Origin: Prochlorococcus sp. AG-409-N21
Lineage (GTDB): Bacteria; Cyanobacteriota; Cyanobacteriia; PCC-6307; Cyanobiaceae
Direction of reading: 5' to 3'
Assembly: GCA_003215415.1 (NCBI GenBank)
Contig: QCKK01000002.1
Coordinates: forward strand, 49,914-113,913
Length of the DNA stretch: 64,000 nt
In this document: positions 52,224 through 61,892 of the stretch, one piece after another
Numbering within the stretch: position 1 is the first letter of the stretch
Layout: every line of letters begins with the position of its first letter
The notes under the pieces: model-generated
Databases searched by the model: none
What the model was told of the DNA's origin: nothing
What the model saw: the letters and a program-made list of their open reading frames with translations, nothing else
Translations under genes and position numbers: made by a program

Positions 52224-53399
52224 TCAGATCTCTAACAGTCCCACCCATCGAATGAGACTCTCAGACTGATTCCAACGAGTCTCAACTCGGGTCCTTTGGG
52301 CTATTCCGCGTTCTTTTCTTTCTTTAGGTGTGATAGTAACTGCATCCCCAAGAAGCTTGCTAAGACTGGCTGGATTGCGATGATCAGTCCAAAATGTTGC
52401 CTCAGGATCTGCAACTTCTTTTACGGGATCTGTATTGCTTGCGACCAAACAACAGCCACTTGCCATTGCCTCCAACAAACTCCAACTAACTACAAAAGGT
52501 CTTGTCAAGTAACAATGAATATGACTGCTTTTTAGTAAACGCGCATATTGATTTAAAGGTAAGTGACCAACAAATCTCACTCGTTCCTCTTCACACCAAT
52601 CTTTTAATAAAGCCTTTGCCCACTTCCCAAAACTTCCTTCTGAAGGAGCCACTCCTCCATACGCCATTCGATCATCTCCAGCAATAACAACTTCAAGATC
52701 TGGATAGTTGCGTAAGAGCTCGGGCAGTGAATTAATAAATTCGGGAAAACCTCGCATCGGCTCCAGCCCTCTTGTGGCATAGGTCAATCGCAACTTGTCT
52801 TTAGGACGCCAAGATTCGTTCATAACAAAATAATTTGTATCAACACCTTCATGAATGACATTGCAGCGATCCTTAAGGCATATCGGCAAATGTTCTTTTT
52901 GCCATTTAGTTGGGCTCACCACTACATCTGCTTCGGCCAATTCAAGAGCAATTGATAAATTGCGATGTCTCATCTTCAGACGAGATGCCTTGGAGTATTG
53001 AAACCAAGGATTAGTTGGATCAAAATCAAAATCAGCTGATCGATCAGAAAACCACCATTCCATATAAGAAATACGCTTTGCTTCAGGGAAGACCCAACCC
53101 GCATCTAGGCCACAACCCCATCCGCTATGACTAATTATTCGATCTGGGATCCAACCATCTTTTCGAAGATCCAATAAAGCCAGCCTGAATCTATCGGCAC
53201 ACTCCATTTGCTGAGCAATAGAGTTGCTATGCAACGGCTTGGATGATGCAATTGTCTTTTGTCTGATTCCAGGTAACTGTCCAACAAAATTTCTCTCACT
53301 AAGAAATAGGACTTCCTCACCTCTTTCAGCCAAATGCAAAGCAATATGCCTGAACTGAGCAGGAAAGTTGTGATGCAGGAAAAGAATTCGATGCCCCAC
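52224..53399 (-). CDS. Glycosyltransferase family 4 (GT-B), paralog of 49010..50254
   Basis: SWSLLEAMASGCCLVAS and other blocks are shared with the other copy. It lies directly upstream of the repeat-protein gene on the same strand. Confidence 0.8.
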   Translation of the reverse strand: MGHRILFLHHNFPAQFRHIALHLAERGEEVLFLSERNFVGQLPGIRQKTIASSKPLHSNSIAQQMECADRFRLALLDLRKDGWIPDRIISHSGWGCGLDAGWVFPEAKRISYMEWWFSDRSADFDFDPTNPWFQYSKASRLKMRHRNLSIALELAEADVVVSPTKWQKEHLPICLKDRCNVIHEGVDTNYFVMNESWRPKDKLRLTYATRGLEPMRGFPEFINSLPELLRNYPDLEVVIAGDDRMAYGGVAPSEGSFGKWAKALLKDWCEEERVRFVGHLPLNQYARLLKSSHIHCYLTRPFVVSWSLLEAMASGCCLVASNTDPVKEVADPEATFWTDHRNPASLSKLLGDAVTITPKERKERGIAQRTRVETRWNQSESLIRWVGLLEI

Positions 53400-53456
53400 G
53401 CAGCCTTTCTAAGTGACAGTAAGTAATGTTAGTTTCTCTCTGGATGGGAAACAGGC

Positions 53457-55202
53457 TTGAAGCCGTCAACTCTAAAAAATCCAAATGAGATCCCTGCTGA
53501 TTTGATAGATGCAGTAAAGCTGCACGAGGCTGGGAAAAAAAAAGAAGCGTTAAATCGTTACCTAGAATTACTAAAAAAGCGTGAGCCTCCTCTTGCTGCA
53601 TTTCTCAATTCTGCCTCAATATTAAGAGCAGATGAAAAGCTTCAGCAAGCGAGAAAAATCTTAAAGCGAGCAATAACTCTTTATCCTCAAAACCCTGGTC
53701 CTTGGAACAATTTAGGAAATTGTTTCTTAGATGATGAGATGTTGACTAGTGCTGTAATTTCATATAGAAACGCTTTAGAAATAGATCCAACTTTATTAGA
53801 TGCTCGAATCAGTTTAAGTAGCTGCCTTAGAAAACTGGGGCATTCTCATCTTTCATATGCTGTCATCTTGATGGCTTATAAATATGCCAAAGATAGCTCT
53901 CAAACAAATCGAATATCACTTCCATTAGTTGAATCACTTTTATCACTACCAGAAGAAACACGAGGAGCTTCAGCAACCCTTCATCAACTAACAGAGCAAA
54001 TAGAACAAGATATTCTCTCAAATTCTCCTCAAGATGATCCTGCCAAAGGTGGCTTTACGCTTGCACATATGTGGATGAATCTTGGGCAAATGGACCGGGC
54101 TATTGCTTGTCGAGATCAAGTAATCAAAGAAACAGAAAATTTTCTAAGAAAGAAAGAAGGAATGAAGCTGAGGAAACAATTTCAAGAAAGTTGGCATATG
54201 CTGAGCTGGAATCTTGCTATTAATCTCCTTAAACAAGGAAGACTAAGTGAAGGTTGGCGACTTTATGAACATGGCTTGCAAGTACCAGCCTCTGGTGCAC
54301 AGCGATGGCAAAGATCTTTAAAAAAACCATTTCGACCTTCTGAGGTTCCTTTCTGGAAAGGACAATCTCTTCGAGACAAGAGATTACTTCTACTTGGAGA
54401 ACAAGGCATTGGAGATTCAATGATGTTTGCCACGTTGATACCCAGACTGCAAGAAGAAGGAGCTGAAATCTTTTTATTTCCTGGTGATCGATTACTCGAA
54501 ATCTATAAAAGAAGTCTTACCAATGTACCTATTATTTCTCACAAAGATTTGAAAGAAGGAAAGTTTAAATCCACAGATTTTGACCTACAAGTTCCTATTG
54601 GTTCAATTTGTCAATATCGATTTACTAATCTAAACGACTATTGCCCTAGAAGTCCCTTCCTTAAAGCAAATGCTTCTCAAGTTTCAGAATTGCGCAATAA
54701 ATATTCTGATGGGAGGCCATTAATTGGATTGAGCTGGCAAGGCGGTGGAAAGGCAAACAGAATCAAAATGAAATCTATTGGTCTTAAACAACTTGCACCC
54801 TTGCTACAAAGAAAAGAATTCAATTTTGTTAGTCTTCAATATGGTGATGATGGTCCCCATCTTGAACGTTTTCAAAAATCCACTGGAATCAATGTTCTCC
54901 ATGACGATGACATTAATCCTTTAAAAGACATGGATGGATGGCTATCTCAAGTTGGGGCTATGGATGGAGTATTAAGCATTGCCAACACAACAGTCCATGG
55001 TTCTGGAGGGCTTGGCATCCCTACTATGTGCTTAGTTAGCAACAAGTCAGATTGGAGATGGATTGAGCCAGAAATTTATCAAGGTAACTACTGGTACTCA
55101 TCAGTAGACGCAACATATCAAACCAAAGACGGCAATTGGTCTCAAGCTCTAAGCTCTGCAGATGGCTGGTTAACTAATCAGCTTTCAAAGCACACTAACT
55201 AA
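53457..55202 (+). CDS. TPR-repeat protein fused to a GT9-like (heptosyltransferase-fold) glycosyltransferase domain
   Basis: N-terminal TPR motifs (e.g. PGPWNNLGNCFLDDEMLTSAVISYRNALEIDP). The C-terminal half has LLLLGEQGIGDSMMFATLIPRL, the GT9-type GxGD motif. The track start is TTG, so the start is uncertain. Confidence 0.7.
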   Translation: MKPSTLKNPNEIPADLIDAVKLHEAGKKKEALNRYLELLKKREPPLAAFLNSASILRADEKLQQARKILKRAITLYPQNPGPWNNLGNCFLDDEMLTSAVISYRNALEIDPTLLDARISLSSCLRKLGHSHLSYAVILMAYKYAKDSSQTNRISLPLVESLLSLPEETRGASATLHQLTEQIEQDILSNSPQDDPAKGGFTLAHMWMNLGQMDRAIACRDQVIKETENFLRKKEGMKLRKQFQESWHMLSWNLAINLLKQGRLSEGWRLYEHGLQVPASGAQRWQRSLKKPFRPSEVPFWKGQSLRDKRLLLLGEQGIGDSMMFATLIPRLQEEGAEIFLFPGDRLLEIYKRSLTNVPIISHKDLKEGKFKSTDFDLQVPIGSICQYRFTNLNDYCPRSPFLKANASQVSELRNKYSDGRPLIGLSWQGGGKANRIKMKSIGLKQLAPLLQRKEFNFVSLQYGDDGPHLERFQKSTGINVLHDDDINPLKDMDGWLSQVGAMDGVLSIANTTVHGSGGLGIPTMCLVSNKSDWRWIEPEIYQGNYWYSSVDATYQTKDGNWSQALSSADGWLTNQLSKHTN

Positions 55203-55234
55203 GTGCTTCCTATTTACCCTCGATTCAACCTGTT

Positions 55235-56299
55235 GTGACATCCAATCTTGAAGAAAATTTTCTTGCACTATTTAAACAACAGCGCTATCAAGCGATTCTT
55301 GATCAAGTAGAGCAAGAGGAAGTTAATCCTGCAGCTGATCCAAATGCTTCCAAGCTTGTTGCAGCATCTCTTTTTCAACTAAGTAGGTACTCTGATTGTT
55401 TGTTGTGGTGCGAAGGCATAGCGCCATCATTAGGAGGCGATGCAGGCTTTTCCTCAATGTATGGAGCAGTCTTAAGGAGATTAGGCAAATTAGAAGAAGC
55501 AGAAAAAGTTTTTAGAGATGGACTAATGAATCACCCCGATGATCCCTTTTTAAGAAATAATTTCGCAAACTTATTAATTGATCGTCAAAGTTTTGATGAA
55601 GCAGAAAAAATCCTAAAAGCACTCATTGAACAAAATCCCAACTACGAAGATGCAAAAGCAAATTTAAATCGACTTGGCTTTCAAAGAGATCTTGCTTCAG
55701 ATGAATCTCCTAAAAGTGCTTCTAAGTCAAAACCTGAAGGTCAATCATATTTTTCAGACCCACTAATGGATGCATTCTCTGACGAAGAAATAAAACACTC
55801 GCAAGGAATTTCTCTAAATGCAAAAAGTGATCAAGGGAAAAACAAAACTTTAGAAGGGCTCCCAGATAGACAAATTTCAGAAGAGTTACAAGAGGCACTA
55901 ACCTTAGCAAGACAAACAATCGATACTTCTCCAGAAAAATGTATTTCAGACTGTCGGTTATTGCATGCTAAATTAGGTCCACAATCTCAACTTTATACAG
56001 TAGTTGGTGAAGCATATATACGCCTGCAATTATTTTCAGATGCAGAGTTAGCCTTATTAAATGCACTTGGACTAGGAAGTTCTGATGCCTCGGTATTAAT
56101 AAATTTGGCTAATTTAGCTGCAATGAGGGGAGACCAGCATCTCTCTATCCACTGGTTAGATCGCCTTGCACAACAGCAGCCTGATCACCCTCAAATAGAC
56201 GAGGTTCGTCGCACGCTATTCCCAAATGGGGTGCCTAACTCTAGTACTAATCCCTTCCAAATTCATTTGGAACAAAAAGTTCCAGGAAGCTTCTCTTGA
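55235..56299 (+). CDS. TPR-repeat protein
   Basis: Several TPR-like units ([43 protein letters not shown], ...). GTG start in the track. Confidence 0.75.
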   Translation: MTSNLEENFLALFKQQRYQAILDQVEQEEVNPAADPNASKLVAASLFQLSRYSDCLLWCEGIAPSLGGDAGFSSMYGAVLRRLGKLEEAEKVFRDGLMNHPDDPFLRNNFANLLIDRQSFDEAEKILKALIEQNPNYEDAKANLNRLGFQRDLASDESPKSASKSKPEGQSYFSDPLMDAFSDEEIKHSQGISLNAKSDQGKNKTLEGLPDRQISEELQEALTLARQTIDTSPEKCISDCRLLHAKLGPQSQLYTVVGEAYIRLQLFSDAELALLNALGLGSSDASVLINLANLAAMRGDQHLSIHWLDRLAQQQPDHPQIDEVRRTLFPNGVPNSSTNPFQIHLEQKVPGSFS

Positions 56300-57921
56300 A
56301 ATCAAGATCATTAGACCTCGCATCAAGACTTGCTTTATTTCTTAATAATGAAAATTTAAATAAAGAAGGTGAGACTTCTCGCAAAATGGGTAGGTTTATT
56401 GTCACTCAAAGTTTTACCGATGCCCTAAGAAAGTTAAGTAAGAATGAACCAATATTTTTAAAAAGAGATTTACCAAGTAAGGAACTTCGGCAAGGAAAAG
56501 TTAGCTGGGAAGCGTTATTTGCAGGTGATATAAATCTAGAACCATTAGCAGCTGAAAGATTATGGGGAGATCAAAGGAGATATAGCTTAATTGGTATTAC
56601 TCATACTCTTAGTACGCCAGCCCCTTTAAGAATTTTACCAAAATTAAATTCTGCAAATTTACATACCTGGGATGCTTTGATCTGCACTAGCCAATCAGCA
56701 AAATCAGCAATTCAAACGTTTCTTGAGCATTCAGAAGAACTATGGAAGCTAAGAGGTGGAAAACCTGCAAAGAGATTTCAAATGCCTGTGATACCTCTTG
56801 GAATAGATATAACAAGTTTTCAACCAAAAAAAAGCAAAAAAGAAGCACGAATAAAGCTACAAATACAAGAGGAAGCATTTGTAGTTTTATGGACAGGTAG
56901 ACTAGAACTCCATTGTAAAGCTCACCATATTTCTACTCTTCGTTCTTTAGCACTTGCTTCTAATGAATATCCTGATCGAGCATGGGTTTTATTGATGTAT
57001 GGAACAGCAGTAATGTCGAATATTCCAAATGCAATTTATGAAGCAGCAGCACATATCTGTCCAAATGTAGAAATACGAATTTTAGATGGTCATAATATTC
57101 AGTTAGGAGAATTAGCAAGAGCTGCAAGTAATGTTTTTCTTAGCCTAGTTGATTGTCTACAAGAAACATTTGGTCTAACACCCGTCGAAGCAATGGCTTC
57201 TGGACTACCAGTCATTGCAAGTGACTGGAATGGATATCGAGATACAATTGTTGATCAAAAAACTGGTTATTTAATTCCAACATATACCTATCAAGAAGGT
57301 TATGATAATCCTTCCTTACTACAAATGGCTTGCTATGACAAATTTCTTGATAGCGTAAGTGCAAAGGTCACAAATCAAATAAGTGTGGACATTCAAAAAG
57401 CAAGTCAAGCATTAGTTGAGCTGGCAAAATCATCAGAAAGAGCGGTTGCAATGGGTCATCTTGGTTCTCAAAGAGTAAAAACTTACTATGACTGGCATAT
57501 AGTTTTTAAACAATATGAAGATCTACTCAATGAGCTAGAAGACAGAAGAAGAATTGCAAGAAAAGATGAGAACTTAAAAACTTTTGAAAAATTAATGGCT
57601 ATTCCTTCACTCAGTCGAGCATTCCAAGCTTGGCCAACCAATACCATCTCCCCAAGCATCAAATTAAGAGTATGTAAGGAAACGAGTATTAAGTCTCTTG
57701 ATAAATATCTATGTCTCTCAATGAATGAAATCTATTCTGATTACCTACCCAATAAATCTGTTATTAGAAATCTATTTAACTATATACATTTAAATGGCCC
57801 AATAAGTTTTGAAGGATTACAAAAATCAAAGAATATAGATCTTAAAGCGAAAGACTCTAATTTAATAGGAGCAACTCTGGCTTGGCTCATTAAACATGGT
57901 TTCTTAGAGAAGGAAGTATGA
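56296..57921 (+). CDS. Glycosyltransferase family 4 with C-terminal extension
   Basis: [37 protein letters not shown] is the GT4 EX7E motif. The start overlaps the previous stop. Confidence 0.8.
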   Translation: MKSRSLDLASRLALFLNNENLNKEGETSRKMGRFIVTQSFTDALRKLSKNEPIFLKRDLPSKELRQGKVSWEALFAGDINLEPLAAERLWGDQRRYSLIGITHTLSTPAPLRILPKLNSANLHTWDALICTSQSAKSAIQTFLEHSEELWKLRGGKPAKRFQMPVIPLGIDITSFQPKKSKKEARIKLQIQEEAFVVLWTGRLELHCKAHHISTLRSLALASNEYPDRAWVLLMYGTAVMSNIPNAIYEAAAHICPNVEIRILDGHNIQLGELARAASNVFLSLVDCLQETFGLTPVEAMASGLPVIASDWNGYRDTIVDQKTGYLIPTYTYQEGYDNPSLLQMACYDKFLDSVSAKVTNQISVDIQKASQALVELAKSSERAVAMGHLGSQRVKTYYDWHIVFKQYEDLLNELEDRRRIARKDENLKTFEKLMAIPSLSRAFQAWPTNTISPSIKLRVCKETSIKSLDKYLCLSMNEIYSDYLPNKSVIRNLFNYIHLNGPISFEGLQKSKNIDLKAKDSNLIGATLAWLIKHGFLEKEV

Positions 57922-58955
57922 TCCAGCACGAAAGTAATCAAAAGATAAGATACTGGCTAAGTTGCCATCCAGATATAACAAGGCCAATGGGTGGAATAAA
58001 GCAAATTCATCGTCTGGCAGAAGCCCTAAATAGTTGTGGCAGAGAGGCAACATTAATTCAAGAGAATAAAGATTTTCATCCAGGCTGGTTCACAAGTAAT
58101 GTGCCGACAATATCTTTTGTCGAATGGAGTGAAAGGAATGATCTAAATAATCAGAAAGATATAATGGTACTTCCAGAAACTTTTATACCAAGTCTTAGCA
58201 AATATCCCCAAAAGCTTCCAACAATAATTTTCAACCAGAATGGTTGCTATAGCTTTGGGCTAAACAAAAAAGATGATGGATTTCCAAAAGACCCAAGCAA
58301 AGTTATTGCCCTGTATAAGAATCCCCAAGTAATTCATACGATTTGTGTCTCACGTCATGATGAAAATCTTTTAATTGATGCAATGGGTTTAAATAGAAAT
58401 CGTGTTAGTCGATTAATAAATGCAATTGAAATTGACAATTTCTTCCCAACTCAGAAAAAGTTTGCTCAACTAGCTTTCATGCCAAGAAAAAATAGATACG
58501 ATGCAATGGTGGTTAGTTCTTTAATAAGAGAGCAATCTAAATTTAAAAATTGGTCATTAATACCAATTCACGGATTACCTCAAAATAAAGTAGCTGATAT
58601 CCTTCAAAAAAGCATAGGATTTTTATCATTTGGCCATCCTGAAGGTTTTGGTTTACCTCTTGCCGAAGCTGGTGCTTGTGGATGTGCACTTATTGGATAT
58701 ACAGGACTAGGTGGAAGAGAATTGTTCCAAATCGCCCAAGAATCTGGAGTTGGATGGCCAATAGAATTTGGTGATTGGCAAGGCTTTATACATGCAATAA
58801 AAGAACTTGAAAATAAAATGAATCAAGAACCACAAGGCATCAAACAATCACTGCAAAATTTATCAAACAATATTCGAGAAAGATATTCACCCCAAGCAAT
58901 GATTGAAAGTGTCTCGAATTCATTACCAATCTGGGAAAGTCAAATAAAAGATTAA
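57918..58955 (+). CDS. Divergent GT-B (GT4-like) glycosyltransferase
   Basis: [21 protein letters not shown] resembles the GT4 donor-binding region. The ATGA overlaps the upstream gene. Confidence 0.55.
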   Translation: MIQHESNQKIRYWLSCHPDITRPMGGIKQIHRLAEALNSCGREATLIQENKDFHPGWFTSNVPTISFVEWSERNDLNNQKDIMVLPETFIPSLSKYPQKLPTIIFNQNGCYSFGLNKKDDGFPKDPSKVIALYKNPQVIHTICVSRHDENLLIDAMGLNRNRVSRLINAIEIDNFFPTQKKFAQLAFMPRKNRYDAMVVSSLIREQSKFKNWSLIPIHGLPQNKVADILQKSIGFLSFGHPEGFGLPLAEAGACGCALIGYTGLGGRELFQIAQESGVGWPIEFGDWQGFIHAIKELENKMNQEPQGIKQSLQNLSNNIRERYSPQAMIESVSNSLPIWESQIKD

Positions 58956-60139
58956 TGTTTTCACCATTCAAATCCGCTCTTGATCTTAATAAAAGACTCC
59001 GCTTCAACCGTCTTTATTGCTCACCTTTAGAACTTGGTGCTTGGGCACTTTTAGAGCCTGCTGGCGTGCAGAACCATGCACCTCAACTTTGTTGGATAAG
59101 AAAAGATTTGCTGGGTTGTGTCTGGATGGCGGGGGGACAAGAAGGAACTTCAGGCATGGGAATTATGTTCAGTACCTTGAAAAACAATGCAAGTGGTTGG
59201 AAAAAGCCAAAACTAATTTCGCAAGACCCCTCTCGATCAGAGCAGAATCCTTTATTATTTATTACCAATACGGATGGGAAAAACCGACTTCAATTAATTC
59301 ATACTGCCCAATGTGTTCGACAAAATGATAATGATCTAGAAGAAGATGAAGCATTCTCCATGCAATGGACTGCATCACTGCGTCAACAAAACCGAGCCAC
59401 AAATCAAAATCGTTGGAGCAAGGTGTCAGATCTAGTCGATTATCCAGCATTTTGTCGACATCCACCTCATTGTAGGAAAGATGGGAAATGGCTGTTACCT
59501 ATTTACAAAAGCCTCGCGAAGGGTGGAGCTTTTGGGCATGACCATTCTGAAATTCTCATACTCGAAGCCAATGGAAAGGCAACTAATGAGGTAATAGAAA
59601 TTCCTGAAAGTACTGGAAGAGTTCATGGATCAATTGTCTTATCAGCAGATGGCTCTAAACTTCTGCAATTTTTCCGCAGTCGATTAGCGGACCGAATATA
59701 TAGATCAACAGGAACATTAGATGGCATGCATTGGAGCAAGCCAACTCCAACAAACTTGCCAAATAACAACAGTTCTATACAAGCCTTACGACTTACTTCT
59801 GGCCGACTAGCAATGATTTTCAATCGATTTAGTCTTGAAGAATTTCCCGTCACTGAAGACAATTGGGGTGATGCTCAATGGCCCAGAACAAGATGGCCCT
59901 TAAGCATTGGACTGAGCAATGACGATGGAGACACTTGGCCATGGATTAGAGATATAGACTATGGTTATGGGTTTAATGGAGAAGCAAATTGGATGCTAAA
60001 TGGCCAGCTTGCATATCCAACACTTATTGAAGGGATACCTGGAGAATTACACATCGCCTATTCATGGGCAGGGCGACAAGCTATCCGATATATGTGTATA
60101 AACGAAAGAGAGATTATGGGTTTACCATTTAGTATGTAA
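58955..60139 (+). CDS. Sialidase-fold (BNR/Asp-box, BNR_2-like) protein without signal peptide
   Basis: An Asp-box (SNDDGDTW), a second degenerate box (SADGSKL), and the typical C-terminal pattern YPTLIEG..GELHIAYSW...IRY of exo-alpha-sialidase-like beta-propellers. Confidence 0.6.
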   Translation: MFSPFKSALDLNKRLRFNRLYCSPLELGAWALLEPAGVQNHAPQLCWIRKDLLGCVWMAGGQEGTSGMGIMFSTLKNNASGWKKPKLISQDPSRSEQNPLLFITNTDGKNRLQLIHTAQCVRQNDNDLEEDEAFSMQWTASLRQQNRATNQNRWSKVSDLVDYPAFCRHPPHCRKDGKWLLPIYKSLAKGGAFGHDHSEILILEANGKATNEVIEIPESTGRVHGSIVLSADGSKLLQFFRSRLADRIYRSTGTLDGMHWSKPTPTNLPNNNSSIQALRLTSGRLAMIFNRFSLEEFPVTEDNWGDAQWPRTRWPLSIGLSNDDGDTWPWIRDIDYGYGFNGEANWMLNGQLAYPTLIEGIPGELHIAYSWAGRQAIRYMCINEREIMGLPFSM

Positions 60140-60259
60140 AAAAATTAGAATAGTTATTAAACCAATTTGTATATGCAAACAAGTATTTAAAGTATGATTA
60201 GATTTAAAATTTAAAGTTGATATCTATCAACTATTCTCAATTCACCATCCGAATACTAA

Positions 60260-61090
60260 ATGGATTCTTCAACGTCAGAAAATGTACTTTTAATTACTTT
60301 AGATTCCTGTAGATATGACAGTTTCAAAAAAGCAAATGTAAAGAATCTACGTTCGATAGGACCACTTCATAAAGCACACTCACCAAGCTATTTCACTTAC
60401 GGAAGTCATGCAGCGATTTGGATGGGATTTACTCCTGGAATCGCAAATACAAAACAACCTTGGTTAAATCCAAAAGCCGGCAAACTATTTCGAATGGCCA
60501 ATGCAGGTTTTGTAGGTGATGAAGCAGACGGAATTCAATTAAGTGGTTCTAATATTATTGAAGGTTTTAGCAAGTCTGGTTACCTAACTATTGGGACAGG
60601 AGCCGTTGGATGGTTTGATCCATCAACAGAAACCGGTGCTGTCTTAGGTCAACCCTTTGATAAATTCTTCTATCCTGGAAATACTTGGAGCCTTAAAAAA
60701 CAAATAAATTGGTTAAATATACAATTTCTAGAAAACAATAGCTTAAAGCCAATGTTCGTTTTCTTAAATATTGGTGAAACGCATGTTCCGTATTGGCATG
60801 AAGAAGCAAACTGGCCTAGAGATCCTTCACCATGTATTCCTTTTGGTGGCAAGCAATGTTCAAGAAGAGAAAGTAGGAAACGTCAAATTGCTTGCCTTGA
60901 ATGGGTAGATTTACAACTAGAGGAACTAATAAAAAGATTTTCCCTAGGCACAATAATCGTTTGCTCAGACCATGGAGATTGTTGGGGTGAAGATGGACTC
61001 TGGGAACATGGCATAAGTCACTGGGCCACCTTAACTGTTCCTTTGCTAATGAAAGTAAAAGGTCAGTCAGTAACTAATGATCCCAAGTGA
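60260..61090 (+). CDS. Alkaline-phosphatase-superfamily (sulfatase/phosphodiesterase-like) protein
   Basis: The N-terminal LLITLDSCRYDSF and C-terminal VCSDHGDCWGEDGLWEHG match the metal-site pattern of the AP superfamily. There is no clear CxPxR sulfatase motif. Confidence 0.5.
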   Translation: MDSSTSENVLLITLDSCRYDSFKKANVKNLRSIGPLHKAHSPSYFTYGSHAAIWMGFTPGIANTKQPWLNPKAGKLFRMANAGFVGDEADGIQLSGSNIIEGFSKSGYLTIGTGAVGWFDPSTETGAVLGQPFDKFFYPGNTWSLKKQINWLNIQFLENNSLKPMFVFLNIGETHVPYWHEEANWPRDPSPCIPFGGKQCSRRESRKRQIACLEWVDLQLEELIKRFSLGTIIVCSDHGDCWGEDGLWEHGISHWATLTVPLLMKVKGQSVTNDPK

Positions 61091-61835
61091 TCCCATATTC
61101 TCGTTCAATCCATTTATAAGTGTAATCTAATTTCTCTCTTATTTTTTTTCTCAATTTCATGCTTACGGATTTTGCCTCACCTCTCCCTGGGTTTAGTTTG
61201 GATAATGGGCCAGTAAAAGTAGTTTGATTTACACCTAGAAAAACAAGCAAATCATGCCAAACCATAGATGGATTATTAAACAAATCCTCACTTTTCAAAA
61301 CTAAAAGTTGTCTTCGTTTAAATAACCCTTTATAGCGCCGCAACTGCTCATCATATTTACTTCTACTCAAATAGCTATGTTTTTGATAGCTATAATTGTT
61401 GCCATTATTCTGTACAATGATGGAGTCTGTACCCTCTAAACGATCAGCCTCTGCTTCCAAGGCACTTTCTAGATCAAGTGATTCATATCCATTTCTGCAT
61501 GCATGAAAATATTGAGACAAAGTCCTATCAACTGGGTCACGTAAAAGTGCAATAAGTAAGCAATTAGGCAAGGTATTCTTTATACGGAATGGGCATTGCT
61601 GATGAAACAAATAAAAAGGTGTAATATCTCCTCTGAGCTGTCCTGGACTTGACTCCAAATAATGATTTGCATACCAATCAAGACCTTTGTTGTAATTCTG
61701 GCTAAAAAAATGAACTTCTTTTATATCAGGCAAAAATATATCGAGATGTCTATTAAGCAAGTGATGCAGGCTAGTTGTCCCTCCCTTCTGGGTCCCTAAA
61801 ACTAAAAAATGAGGCAATGGGAGGCCAAGTCTCAT
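61074..61835 (-). CDS. PAPS-dependent sulfotransferase
   Basis: 5'-PSB loop GTQKGGTTSL and 3'-PB motif LLRDPVDRTLSQY. The ORF extends to a GTG at 61913, but that would overlap the divergent gene by 21 nt, so ATG 61835 (MRLGLPLPHF...) is preferred. The 3' end overlaps 60260..61090 by 17 nt. Confidence 0.8.
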   Translation of the reverse strand: MRLGLPLPHFLVLGTQKGGTTSLHHLLNRHLDIFLPDIKEVHFFSQNYNKGLDWYANHYLESSPGQLRGDITPFYLFHQQCPFRIKNTLPNCLLIALLRDPVDRTLSQYFHACRNGYESLDLESALEAEADRLEGTDSIIVQNNGNNYSYQKHSYLSRSKYDEQLRRYKGLFKRRQLLVLKSEDLFNNPSMVWHDLLVFLGVNQTTFTGPLSKLNPGRGEAKSVSMKLRKKIREKLDYTYKWIEREYGITWDH

Positions 61836-61892
61836 GCCAAGCTTTCCTTCTAGCCAACGTATGCTGGTATTGGTTTTATATCGCTGCAAAAG

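Noticed and set aside
33914-56298. An apparent excess of non-ATG (TTG/GTG) start codons among island genes (33914, 53457, 55235, 56296, 52170, 61913, 22746, 23691).
   Set aside because: This is largely an artefact of the longest-ORF convention in the track, which also affects core genes (clpP, asd). Several have in-frame ATGs shortly downstream. Only a few (the ABC gene, the TPR genes) seem to need a non-ATG start.
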